From Lytechinus pictus (taxonomy: Eukaryota), in NCBI RefSeq assembly GCF_037042905.1, contig NC_087251.1, positions 24,244,001 to 24,308,000 on the forward strand: a stretch of DNA of 64,000 nucleotides. Reading direction: 5' to 3'. Positions 51,501 through 64,000 of this stretch are shown here, piece by piece. Position numbers and translations under genes: made by a program. The stretch's first letter is position 1, and every line of letters begins with the position of its first letter. The notes beneath the pieces are model-generated. The model was not told the DNA's origin. It did not search any database and was given only the letters and a program-made list of their open reading frames with translations.

Positions 51501-54500
51501 TTTGGTCAAAGGATGAACCCTGATCAAGCTACCTTGACGATACTGATTGTGGTTTACATTCAAACTCATAAATAGACGTCAAGGTATTCATATTACACCA
51601 CCCGTTTTCTATTCACCATCAAATCTTCTCTCTAAACTGCCACCAGAGATTACCAACCCACCCTAACCGTATAATTAGCTGCCCCCTTTTTTGAAGAAAG
51701 CTTTGCGGCGGCATGGCGACAAAGTGTAACTTCCGGCGCGAGCCAGTCACAAAACTCGTGCTAAAACCTTTCAATCGGGACCAAACCACGAACCTCTTTT
51801 CAAACATGTAGCCTAAGCCGGAAGGGCATGTCCCATGGACTTACGAAACGACGGGTCTTCCATGAAGGAAAACACCACTTTTAAGATTTTCCACGGGCTG
51901 GTCGATGACGACGCAGATCAGTTTTTATTTCTCCCATTTACGTGAATCAATTAAAGCAGACCGACGAGGCCTTTTCAAGCTTTCAATAGAGGCAATTATA
52001 GGTTCATTGTACGCGTATTGTAGATGATAGTCGCGGTTTAATGAAGATTGAATTTGGAGTATATTAAACGAGATGTGCTCGATACTTGGCGCTTGATTAT
52101 CTGCATAATAAGACAGAAGAAACCCTTCAAAAGTTGTATGACTTGAAGAGGATCAGGACGATGGATTAAAGATGCGGGAGGAAGGGTGTTCTAAACTATG
52201 TGATTCGTGAACCTTTGTAGTCACGGTAGTAAGTAATTCGACTCGCGTGCTTGATTAACACGTGACCATTGTAAAGTACGCTATTGTCTTCCATTCTCGC
52301 GCTCATCGCGAGTGCAAGGGATGATCCTTATTTGAAATTCACATCAATAAATTAACACATAAAAAGTTGTAATGTGGGTTTTAATTGTAAAATTCATCTC
52401 GCGTTCGCGCGTGGCTAGCTATAACGTGATAATATATTCAAAAAGTAAAGCAGGAGTTGGGGGTCACCCATCGTCAATCTCGCTTTTTAGAAGCGGTAAA
52501 GGGTACAATGACTTAAATCAAAATGAAAATTGATTGAAGTTTATCTTGTTTATTGTTTGAAATTCCAGATAATGTATGTTGACCAATAAATTAACGTGAT
52601 CGAATATACATCGAAAAATATATATTAGTTATGTTAGTTGTACCCAGTCGACCCTAAATTTCCTTTCACAGTTTTTTTTTTCCAGAGTGTGCAAGCTTAT
52701 CAACTGTCATTAATTATCATTTCGGTATAATGACATCCATTGAGTACTCCTATATGACCTCATAAACTCGTCAGCATCTTACCGAGTACTAATTCTAGTA
52801 ATTTCGATTCTGTTGGGCTAATTGAAATAAAAGAGAAAGCATGATAGATGTAATGACAGCGCAATTACTAAATTAATATATAGCCATGACGAATTCAGAC
52901 AATCCGAGATGATAGGGTGAATGGTGTGGTGATTTGAGTACTTCGACAGGCACCCCCACATAAAAAGTGTAATAAAAGGGCGGGAAATTTGTTTTTAGGG
53001 TCACCGCATCGCATTATTATTGGGCCTATCTTGTCACCTTCATCCCTTATCCTCTTTCCAGGGGGGGGGGGCAGACGAACCCTTGTGTTATCCCAAATGA
53101 ATCTTCCATTATCTGTTAATTACTACCAGCGACCTCCTCTCTAAAACACTGCGGCGCCCAGGTGAAGATATCTAACTAGCCACCGATAGGGCTTATTCAG
53201 CTTCCATACTGCTACCCAGCACCTCTCCTAAATGCTAAACGTAAAAATGTAACAGAAAACGAGGCGCCAGAGATTTTATGGCCTGGGTCATCACACTCGA
53301 TCAATTATTGATAAAAGGACTGATAGTCGTTAAATATGTGCATATGCCTAATATGGTTTTTTATTCATTATGTTAATCTTCCATCAAGTAAATTAGACAG
53401 ACCTTAATCATTACAAGTTAAAACAAATAATACAACACAACTTTACAAGCAGATCAATTATTTATCCACCAGTTACTGACTGATACACAACAAGCGAGAG
53501 AGAGAGAGAGAGAGGGGGGGGGGGGTAGGGTAACAGAATTCAAATTCGGTATCCGAACAACAAATTCATTTGAATCAATACAGAAGATCAAAAAATAATA
53601 ACACGGAAAATTTGATCGAAATCGGTTATAATTTCATGTTGTTTTAAAACCAATTATCGTTATACACCTCCTTTAAAATAACGAAAGGGGGCGTAGGTGA
53701 CACACACTCTATTTTTTTTTTGGGGGGGGGGGGGGTAAATTACATTATTATTTCGTGTAATGTAAAATATTTCGATTTTGCTGCTGCACATGACTGATGC
53801 AAATTTAACTGAGTAATAACCGCTTATTTCATATAATTAAATACAATATGCATGTGTAATGTCAACCGGTCCTTGTTTTGTGAAAATAATTTATGTAAAA
53901 ACTGAAAATATCATAACTTATCAAATTTTACTAAAATGTTTGCTTGTCTGATTTCTTTCTATTTTTTTGTTGAGGTGGAATTGATGATGTAGTAAAGAGC
54001 AGTAGTTAATTCGTGCAAAAGAAGGGATATTAATTGTACAGGTCTGTATTATCTAAATTTCATATCACATCAAAATTAAATAATGACATTTTACTAACCA
54101 TGGACCCGTATGAAAACAATTATCAGGCAGGTCAGGAATGAACTAATTTTTTTTAACGATTAACCACTCTGTGTGTTGCGTCAATATAGCAAACGTTACA
54201 GCCAACAAGATCAGTTTCAATATTTTCAAAGACTAAACATGACCACATATTTAACATGAGGAAGTTCCCATTTGGCAGTAACCGAAATTCAATTGATATC
54301 CATATGAAATACCAATTAATCCTATAAATAAATTTATCAATCGTCTCTGACGTGTGAGATTTAGACAAAGTAATCAACATTCTGAATACCTGGTATCTTT
54401 TTTTTCTTAAAAATTTGAGTCATTGAGGAAATCAGAAGTTAAATATGCATATCGACGCTAATCTTTCCTGGCATGCCAGGTGTTGCAGTATAAATAATTG

Positions 54501-56994
54501 GTGTACCTAAATTGTCTCGAAGTCTGTTAACATGGTCAAAGAGAATGTTCCCGAAATTTCAAACATCAAACAACATCAATGATGCAGTGTGACATTTTAC
54601 CTTTTCGGTTTTGATAATGCTAATAAAAAATATTTCCGAAATTTTCGTGATTGAGTATTTTTTTTACACACAAGTGCAAGAATGATTCAAACATCGGTTA
54701 AAATCTAAAATTAATTTCGTATTTATCAATGGTGATCAAGACGATAGTGGGTTATGTACATACATATTGTACGTAAAATTAATCATAATGTTAAAGTACG
54801 AAATGTCGCTTTTTTTTGCCTAACATTAATGCTCTGATCTCTACTCTTTCAATGTTATAGTTTTTTTTATTGTCTTACATTTTCTGGTCATCACTGATCA
54901 AGTGGGAAAATATGAATGTATAGTTTTGTAAGAAACATGTCTACGTTGTGCAAACAAGAAAACGAAACAAAAATGATCTCGATGGTTAACGATTCATACA
55001 ATGGCAATGGTAAATTGGAAGGGGAAATTACATTTTTATGTCATGATGACTTATGAGGAAGGGTCGCATGTGTCGAGGGAGGGGGGGGGGGGCAGGACCA
55101 CCCCGTTATCGCTTAATAAAAATATTGAAGAAAAACTGGACATTTTTTACCAATTTGCTCTTTAATCTGATTATTATTCTTATTTCAAGATTGTTCTTTA
55201 ATAAAATAAGCACAGTATTTTCTAGTTGTAATTCTTCTGTTACAATATACAAGTCTCGTATGTACACCCATAAGCTTTTTATCGAATTCTAAAAAAAAAA
55301 AAAAATTGGTGAAAATTCTTCGAACTTCATTGACTCTTGACTAATGTAAAATGTAATCATGATGTTTTTAAGTGAAAGTTTAAAACATACATTGACTATT
55401 ATGGGTTTCCCTTTTTGACAGCAATGAAATATCATAATCGATGACGACTGACCGACGAAATTTACAATGTTTTACAAAAGAAAAGTGTTTGAAATTTTGA
55501 CAGCTTCAAACAACTTGAGAAATTCCTTCAAGTGTAGCAGCGATTTGATAATCTTGGAATATTTCTCGATTAGTTTACGTCATGTAGGCTACGTAGGAGA
55601 CAGACCTCGCTCTCTTAAAGTATTATCTAATGTAGATTTAGACGTAGCGGTCCTGGATGAATGAGTCCGACTTATATCAATAGTTGTTTATAGGGCGCGC
55701 TATTTTGAAAGCTTTCACTAATTTCACCAAACTTTTGAGTTATTATTTGCCTGATAAATAATTGATACCCTGATTCCAAAGAAATCATTTGAAAATTTGA
55801 AAAATAATAAGCGATTGCACTGATCAGAGTAATCGATACTAAATGGGAAATAAAGAACATGGATAGAAAAAATAGGATAGAGAGAATGAGCAAGGGGTGG
55901 AGAATTAGATATGGCGGGAGTAAATTAGATTTAGGAACAAATCTTGACTCTAAAGAAGGCCTAGTACCGATGTTAAGCAAAGAAGGATTATTTGCAAGTG
56001 ATCGCCTGTGGCGGTGTTTGTCCTGAATCAATTGAGCAATTCAAAGCGAATTATTCAATTTAATATCTCGAGCGATCATTCCATGAAAATTCAAAATGGT
56101 ACATAGGTGTATTATGGATGTGATGGGATTGTTTAATGTCCGTCCATGAGCCTTCTCGGAAAATATACTACAATGCAATTTTATTTAAATTTGAAAAATC
56201 ATTATTGTTTTTATTTATCTTGTAAATCTCTAGTTTGTATATTTAAAAAACCTTATTTTCGATCAAAATAATGAAAAAAAAGGAATTATATATTTTCAAT
56301 TTATAAATCATGAATTTTTATCTTCTTCATTCTTCTATTAATCTGTATTTTCAACATAATTATGTAAAATCAACATGCTTCGACGACCGACCCGTCTTAT
56401 ACATAATAAGGTCCATGTAATATACACACCAAGGTAATGTTTCATGCGTGTTATATATTTATTTCGGCTTATTACACAAAGCGTAACTAGAAATTTGCCT
56501 TCAGGAGTATCGAGATGAAACAAGGAATTTGTGTCTCTAAATTTGAAACGCAATTGGGTTAATCAGTAAACCTACTTCGAGAGCTATCAAAACTTGCTCT
56601 CATTTTTCAATATCAGAATGAATCTACATTTCTCGCATCATAATAAAGAGCCATGAATCGTAAATGATACCTAAAACCATCTCTATATGGAAAAAAAAAA
56701 ACCAGCGATGCCCGACGTAAGTTCGCTAGAAACGCCCTTGGGCGGTTTATCATTGTTGGAGTATTAAAAGTGCCGCCATTCAAATACTCCGCCATCATTA
56801 CCATGATCGGGAGTGGTAAGTTGATTTAGCCAAGTGAATGCACTTTCTCAGTACAACGCCTTTTCTCTTCTTCACAAGAAAAAAAAGTACACGATATTTA
56901 CGAAATTATATCTTTATGAGATATAATCTACTGCATGTAAATTCAGAAAGTTGTAAAATGGGTCTAAATATATCTGATTTTTTTTTCATTTTGA

Positions 56995-57344
56995 AGGGGA
57001 AATTCACCCTGATATCGAGTAGATCCCTGATATGTCTATCTCAGAAATTTGAATATTATTTGAACTGTGCATTAAAAATATCATCATACACACTGTATCA
57101 TACACACATATAAAAAACATGAGAAAGAGAAAAAAATGAACCATTAAGAAAGAGGAATTTATTAAATTTATGTCATAGACAGATGGGACAGCTGCTCACA
57201 CGTGACGTCAAACTAGAAAAATAAAAACTTATCACTTTGTTTTTCTTAGATGTATTTAAGTATAACATTCATTAATATGTTTTTTTTTTCATTTCTCTTT
57301 ATATTTAAGTCACCCTCATTTATTATATTAAGATGCACTTCCCT
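56995..57344. mobile_element. Degenerate MITE, related to 10038-10505
   Basis: AGGGGAAATTCACCCTGA left end, ACTTCCCT right end; shared ACAGCTGCTC..TGACGTCA core. Confidence 0.5.
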
Positions 57345-57349
57345 CTGAT

Positions 57350-57555
57350 CAGGGGCGGATCCAGGATTTTCCAATGGGGAAGGGGGCATTTTTGTACAGA
57401 AAAAAATTAACACGCCCCCCAGTTCTTCACTCCTAATTCATGGTGATTTATGCCAGGAAAAAAAGGTTTTCACCTAACAAATATTTCTTATGTCTCTCAA
57501 GGGGGGGGGGGGGGGCACGGGCCAGATGTGCCCCCTCCTGGATATGATACTGCCT
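57350..57555. mobile_element. Short GC-ended MITE-like repeat (CAGGGGCGGATCCAGG type)
   Basis: CAGGGGCGGATCCAGG left end and degenerate CCTGGAT..CTG right end with internal G-runs; a similar copy lies at ~63709-63950. Confidence 0.45.
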
Positions 57556-60500
57556 CTTATTTTTTTTTTAACTACACTCAACTGTAACTTTGCATTTACA
57601 ATGTGTTAATTCAGAATTGAAGAAAAACATTTTTTACCAATGTTAGCCCCCCCCCCTATATCGAAGCTATTTCAAGTTGTTTTTAAACACAGTCTGAAGC
57701 CTACGTAATATCCTATCTGATTATGAGCCTGAGAAAAAAGTTGACCCTACAGTGATACTTTGACAAATTACGTTACCATACAAATCAATGTTGTATATTT
57801 GATCATTTTGAGGTTGATATTAGTTTATGGAAGATAAAATGACAAACAAACAAGTGCCTATATACGGAAGTCGGCCTACTTCGTAAAGTAGACAAAATCT
57901 GGCGGAAATAACAATCCATTGAGTAAAAATACAGATACAGGGAAATGGCGTCTCCCTTGGTATTTCTCAAAATGTTCGACCATTTTGATCGACGGTATGA
58001 AATTGAGTGAAATCAGCAGGAAGAAATATGGTGATAGTACGCCGACAGCGAACAACATCCATTCACCACTACCCTGGATCTAAAATGACTGCCAGGTATA
58101 CGCCGAAAATAGATCTCACAGCTGCCCACCATTGCAAACAATATTAAGTCTGTGCTATATATCCCTCTTTCTCTCTATCTCTCTCTCTTTCTCTGTACTT
58201 CCACCCAATCCTCAATCTCTTTCTTTTCCCCCCTCATCCCTCCACCCCTCACACTCTGTCTCCATCAGCCCCCTCTTTTCTACCAACCCCCCCCCCCCAC
58301 ATTTCTCCTTTTCAAATCCGAATTTATTCATTTCCAAATGAAAAACAATACCAAATCATTACAATCTTATACAATAATACAGAGATTAAAAAAAAGTGTA
58401 CAAACATAATAGACTATCGATACCCACTCCCCTGTTTAACATTAACTCAGCATTTGACCTCCACTGAAGCAAGGGGCATGGCATACAAAATTCCCTTCCC
58501 TAGAAAATCGATTAGAACCTTATGTTTCACTTTTAGAATTCTCATTATAAAATGAGTAGCCCCCAAAAAAGTGTTATGCAACTAATATGCAAACATTTTC
58601 GATGAATATGATTTTAATTTACCAAGTCTTTAGGGATTCTGAATGAACTGAACTGGAAGTATAGTTCCTGTGGTCACCATGACAACGCCAATACGTCATT
58701 ACGTAACACGTCTAGTTGAGGGTTGATGCAAAATTAATATTTCCGATTTCTTCAGGTTAGATTTTAAAGCATGTTTACTATTTCTTCTTGCAAAATGTGG
58801 TAAGAGAAAACAGAGTCATGATAGTCTTATGCATGAATCTTTCAAATTCACAAAATTATTTTCACTTTCAAGAAAAACCTACTTTTTAGTTAATTAAATA
58901 TCAGATATTCATGAAATACGATTACAAAAATCGTACAGTAACTTTAATATACTTGACTTTCGCCTCTTTAGTGCGAAAAATAATGAACAATTATAGCGAC
59001 AATCATCCACCATGGGCATGGTTATGATCTAATAGAGAAGAAATGATGAGTCAAAGTAGGTTCAATGGAGGATTATTAACAGGCTTATAACTCACAAAAT
59101 TAAAAGTTAAGTGCATCAAAATACTATGATAAACTGGATATTTATTCATTCAATGTTTTGGTCAGGATTACTACGCTTCATTCGTTGGTACCGTTCTATC
59201 TTGTATTACTTGAATCTGCTATCAAATTAGAACGTAATTGCCTGAAATGATTATCATTCGAAAGTTTTATCAATGGGGTCTTTACATTAATCCCTTCTAA
59301 AATTCTTCAGATAAAGAACTCGAAATGTAACATAAACGTTCGTCCTAATTCCCCCCAATTTAACTGCATGTTCGCCGTGTTCAATGTCTGTTTGAATTCG
59401 TTTTTTTTAATCCTCCTCGGAGTACAATTTAGCGAAGGATTAGGCGACCGAGAGAAACTAAAACTGATTGAGGGATATTCATTGAAAAAAGAACAAATTA
59501 ATATTTGAGAGATCAAACATTTTGATTAGAATTTGTGAGCATTTATAAATGATTAATAAAATTTGATGAAGTAGGAATGATTAATTAATCTTTTAAACAA
59601 ATGTGATCTATTCAACAAAGTTGAAATTCCAAGCGAAATACAAAAAACAAAATTGAATTGATTTCAATAGAAATTAAAGGTATCAGTGTAAACTCAAAAG
59701 TTTTGGTATAATTTCAATTGGTGAATCATATGCTTTCATATTAATGACAATAAATCAACATGGATAAATTGATCTGAATAATATTATGATTATTTTTAGA
59801 TTGTGTTGTATGATTATGTTTATGTTACATGATCCATACCTGCAAACGAAAAGGAAGATGATCATCTCATCAGAGAAGCATAATTTTTTTTACTTTGATG
59901 AGCAGATTTTGCCCCCCCCCCGAAAAAAATGCTGAATGAGCGACTGATAGAGACTGTAGACTGTAGTGAACCATATCTTCTATAACAGAATGTGAAGAGA
60001 GAGAAAAAGGAAAACGACTTTTAGTTCGCTTGCTTCGCTCGCATCAAGATGATTTTCTTATCGAACATATCGAATCAGAGAGGCGTATCTGTCTCTGCGC
60101 TGTGCTATGAAACATAATGTAGTGGTTCCATCATGGTCAGATGGTATAACCGTGACCGTTACAAATCCAGGGATCCTTCTGGGTCAGGCTTCGTCATTAT
60201 CTGCAGATATTTCTAATTAGTGTTCATTTCACTGGATATGATATCCCCAAAGATCCACTTATCCCCCTCTGGTGACTGAAGCATGTATAAACATAATAAT
60301 TAGACCAAATCTTAAATGATTTCGGGAGTTGAGCGGATATAAAGAGCGGTGATCCGTTCATCTTGACCAACACGCAGGGTCAAGATGGATATCCTCTCTC
60401 CTTCTTGAGTATCAGAAAGTTCTACCACAATTCGCCTGAATCTTGAAGGAGCTCTCTCCCCGATGCCACGGGTCAGTTTGATCTGGGAATCCCCCAGGTC

Positions 60501-61064
60501 CCTGAGCAATTAAAATGAAAACCAAGCAGCAATTTGAATATCAATTAAAATGCTACTTTGAATCTCTTGTGCCCATCACTTACGCATTAACGACCGGAGG
60601 TAAGGGTTTTGATAATGGAGATATTAGAATAATGAAGAGACATGTAATAAGTAACTCCAGAAAATTCCTTTGCTTTCAAATTGTACTTGGTCTGAGTCGG
60701 AGCACTGTCTATTTATTTTAATTTAAAAAATAGTTCCCAGAGTCTTATTTTGTCACTGCGTTGATAATAAGCCGAATATGGACAGAAACAAATAGTGAAA
60801 GGTCACTGACCGCATTAAAAAAAATAATGATATGGTTCACAGATACATGCATGATATAGGGAAGGGGTGGGGGTCGGCATCGGTCGGTATATATTATATA
60901 AAGCGCATGCTGTATTATGCAAGAAACTATTTTTTTTCAATCAATTAACAATTTTCAGTAATTCCTTCACTACCAAAAAAGAGACAAGTAATTATTTCCA
61001 TAATTAATTTATCGTAACATTATTCTCATTAATGATCAGACGACTTCATATCATCCAAAGACAT

Positions 61065-61306
61065 CAAATTTATCCACACTGTGATGCACTCAACCCAGGT
61101 GAGGTAAATGGGTACCAGCAGGAAATAATTCCTCAAAAAGCTGTGTGCACCTGAATCGGTAGCCTAGCTTAGCCGGGTTATAATAATAACAGGGCCCGCT
61201 GGGAGAACAGTTTTCGGAACTGAAGTGGCCACCCTGGGTAAATATACCGTTATTATTATCATTATTATTTTTATTATTATTATTATTATTATTTATTATT
61301 ATTACT
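61065..61306 (+). mobile_element. 5'-truncated SINE with (TAT)n tail
   Basis: AATTTATCCACACTGTG.TGCACTCAACCCAGGTGAGGTAAATGGGTACC resembles the conserved central domain of invertebrate tRNA-derived SINEs (recognised from memory); LINE-like 3' part and (TAT)n at 61250-61305. Confidence 0.6.
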
Positions 61307-61749
61307 ATCCACTGAAAGCTATTGTCATTCATGTCATTTGTGATTCTCCAGCAATAATTGATTTTGGTGCCTAGGATATTACAGGTTTATTCCTACGCGT
61401 CCTAACTTTGCTAAAAGGAATCTTGTTGATTTTTTTGTAAAATGATTATACATTTTAAAGAGAAAAGAAGAAAAGCAAAAAGAAGAAGGAGATGGAAGAG
61501 AATTCGACCCAGGTACAAGAAGTTCTCAATAGAATGATAACTATCGTACAAGAATGATTGTAATGTATACAGCACCCGACAAAGCTATCAATCCCACTAC
61601 TTGTCCGTGTTGTCATATCAACGTTACGATGATGACGTCATCAATGATATCGGACCAATTACGATCAATCAGTGATACTTGCTTGTCAGATGCAAATAGC
61701 CCACCCCCCTGCAGATTGGTTTCTCTTCAAAGAGACAAGAGTTGAAAGA

Positions 61750-62258
61750 ATCAGGGTGAGATGGGACACATTCTTACAAATTTATGTAAAAGAATATTAA
61801 AAAAAAAAAAACAAGTCTAAACAAAAATTAGTCAATTTTTATCGGCATACTAAAAGGACCGTTCAACTAGACGCCAACATGACAAAAAAAAATTATAATC
61901 AAACATTATAGGTTAGGTTGGCATGACTGGTAAAGTTCAAATTTTGTGACGTCACATGCGAACAGCTTTCCAATAATAATTTTGCCAAGTAATACAGACC
62001 CCACCCCCCAAAAAGGAAGACGATTGCGATATATTAATTAGACACATCATTGCATGCAAGTCTCTATAGAATGATCAAGAGTAATTACAAATGGCAACTT
62101 TCATACATGCTATTATAGGAAATGTTACTCGCATGTAACGTCACAATATCAAAACTTTGCAAGTTCGTAACTGTGTTCTCGTTGGACTGGCTTCAGTTAA
62201 ACGTTCATAATATAGGTTACAACTTTTTCAAAACTTGACGTAAAGATAGACCGTCCCT
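61750..62258. mobile_element. Degenerate MITE, related to 10038-10505 (left end approximate)
   Basis: TGTGACGTCACATGCGAACAGCTTTCC core like the 10165-10192 block; right end CCGTCCCT|TTAA. Confidence 0.45.
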
Positions 62259-62691
62259 TTAAAGGCTGTTGCATGGCGCCGTTCATTTCTCTTAAAAGAG
62301 TTTGACACATGAACGATCTTTTTATTTCCAGGGAAAAATAAATGGCGATCAAGAGATAATAGATTTGTTTTCATTCAAAAATTCGTTGATGTTATATGGA
62401 AAAGAATACGTGACATGATTACGGGACATTGGACATGTCAGCTTATATCCATATCAAGAGATGATGCTAAAATGGTCATGATAATATTGGGAAGAGAAAT
62501 TACTATACCCAATCAGGCTTGAGAAGGAGGACGAGGGCAAGGAAAGGAGTGATATGGAGACAAACTTGCGGACTATAATGCAGGAGAAAAAGGAATCTAA
62601 ATGATGAGCGAAGAAATATACGTGGAGAAAGGAGAGGAAAAGGAAGAGAGCTATATACGAGATAGAATATGTAGAAGGTAAGAGATGTAGT

Positions 62692-62692
<1 letters not shown>

Positions 62693-62732
<40 letters not shown>

Positions 62733-62920
62733 GGTAGAAAGACAGAGAAAGGGGAGGGGCCCCTGGAGCTATATAATATACGCACGGAGAATATAGGGAG
62801 ACATACAGAGAGTGTGTGGAGGTGAGGGGGGGGGGCTCCAGGGGCTCTATATACGGATGAAGAATTAGGGAGACATATAGAGAGTGTGTGGGGGTGAGGG
62901 GAGGGGGCTCCAGGGGCTGG
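62693..62920. repeat. (GA)n/poly-G followed by a 72-bp tandem duplication
   Basis: GGGAGACATA(C/T)AGAGAGTGTGTGG..GGCTCCAGGGGCT starting at 62796 and 62868. Confidence 0.8.
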
Positions 62921-63603
62921 AGATTTAGTGATATAATATATTTGTTAAAGTAAATAAAACACAAGAAAAAAAATAGCACGGTTGAATAATGCAAATATAG
63001 CGAAATATGACCCTTTAAAAATACGTAAAACGATATTTTTAAATGGACAATGAATCCAATGGTGTTAGTTTCTCAAAGTTGCTGACTATCCATTTGATCG
63101 ATGCAATAAAGTGTAAATCAGAAGTAGCCCCTCAGTGAATGATATCGATCTCAATCTGATGAAAGATCCATTTTTAAGACATGTTTTTCTCCCTTATGCA
63201 CCATTCAACATGATTATAACTTCCTTTCATTATGGATATTAAAGATGCTCCTTACCGTTCGACTTTCGTCATTACAAAGTTCAGAAACTTGATGATATAA
63301 GGTTAGTTTTGATTCTCCATTCACATTGAAGTCTCGTTTTCTTCATTGGGTAAGAAGAAATATCTAAGGAAGGGAATCAACGGCTCTAGATTAAAATCAC
63401 TTGCTTGATCTATACTGATTTGAAATCTGTGACGTAGATGACTAGTAAATTTACGTACTTGTCACGTGTTTCGTGACGTCACTATAGCAATCAAGAAATC
63501 TAGATCGCTAAAAGCAATTGACCCCCTGTTCTTGATTATTATTTGTGACAAATTGAACTTTATCTCGTCGAAAAACTAAGTGTGCTCCTTTAAGATTTTC
63601 ACT

Positions 63604-63702
63604 GTAGAAGTAGCAGCAGTATCAGCAGCAGCAGCAGAAGTAGTAGTAGTAGTAGTATAGTATTATTATTATAAGTAGTAGTAGTACTAGCAGTAGTAGT
63701 AG
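63604..63702. repeat. Compound (GCA)n/(GTA)n/(TAT)n microsatellite
   Basis: Direct reading. Confidence 0.85.
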
Positions 63703-63948
63703 GAGCAATGGGGGCGGATGTAGTATTTCATAAATTAGGGGCGGGGTTATTCGATTTATGCAGATATTTATTTTTGACTAGCAAAAAAGACTTAAAAAGG
63801 AGTCCATTGCAAAAAATTACAATATTTGCCACATCCAAGTCCAAGGGGATACCAATTACAAAAGGAGGCAATTTTTATCGCATGTGAGAGTCAGTGTAAA
63901 ATTTTCTTGACAAAGGGAGGGGGCACAAGCCCCCTGTGCACCCCTTTC

Positions 63949-64000
63949 CAGATTCAGATTCAGAGATTCAGATATATTTATTGTCCAATTGCAATCGAGT
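63949..64000 (-). mobile_element. 3' tail of a minus-strand LINE/SINE extending beyond the window
   Basis: Reverse complement reads AATAAA-TATA-(TCTGAA)n, analogous to the tail at 5818-5840. Confidence 0.45.

Noticed and set aside
62503..62994. 163-aa minus-strand ORF
   Set aside because: Product of (CT)n, poly-C and the 72-bp duplication; low complexity.
1..64000. tRNA, rRNA or other structured RNA genes; remaining 60-120 aa ORFs
   Set aside because: No cloverleaf or rRNA-like sequence recognised; the short ORFs are AT-rich, often start at non-ATG codons, and lack domain signatures.

Overview
AT-rich, repeat-rich animal genomic DNA, most likely a sea urchin (inferred from the repeat types and the Delta sequence, not verified by search). 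The window holds one complete host gene: the Notch ligand Delta on the + strand. I reconstructed 11 coding exons (21253/21268..35150), all introns GT-AG with consistent phases. The product is 794 aa (789 aa from the second ATG): signal peptide, MNNL/C2, DSL, 9 EGF repeats, TM and an intracellular tail ending in the PDZ motif ATEV. Upstream lies a CR1/L2-group LINE with an intact ORF1 and an open ORF2 that has lost the RT core by an in-frame deletion. The rest is non-coding: TTAA-type MITEs, a TA-flanked nested-palindrome element, the end of a HINE/Helentron-like element with tandem repeats, SINE/LINE fragments, microsatellites, and several candidate Delta cis-regulatory modules (Hes, Su(H), Ets motifs). 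I see no strong evidence for a wholly new biological system. The best leads are the splice-site 'switches' controlling the ATEV motif, the RT-less but open LINE, the nested palindrome beside a candidate R11-like enhancer, and the miRNA seed cluster in the 3' UTR. Most short ORFs in the track are noise.
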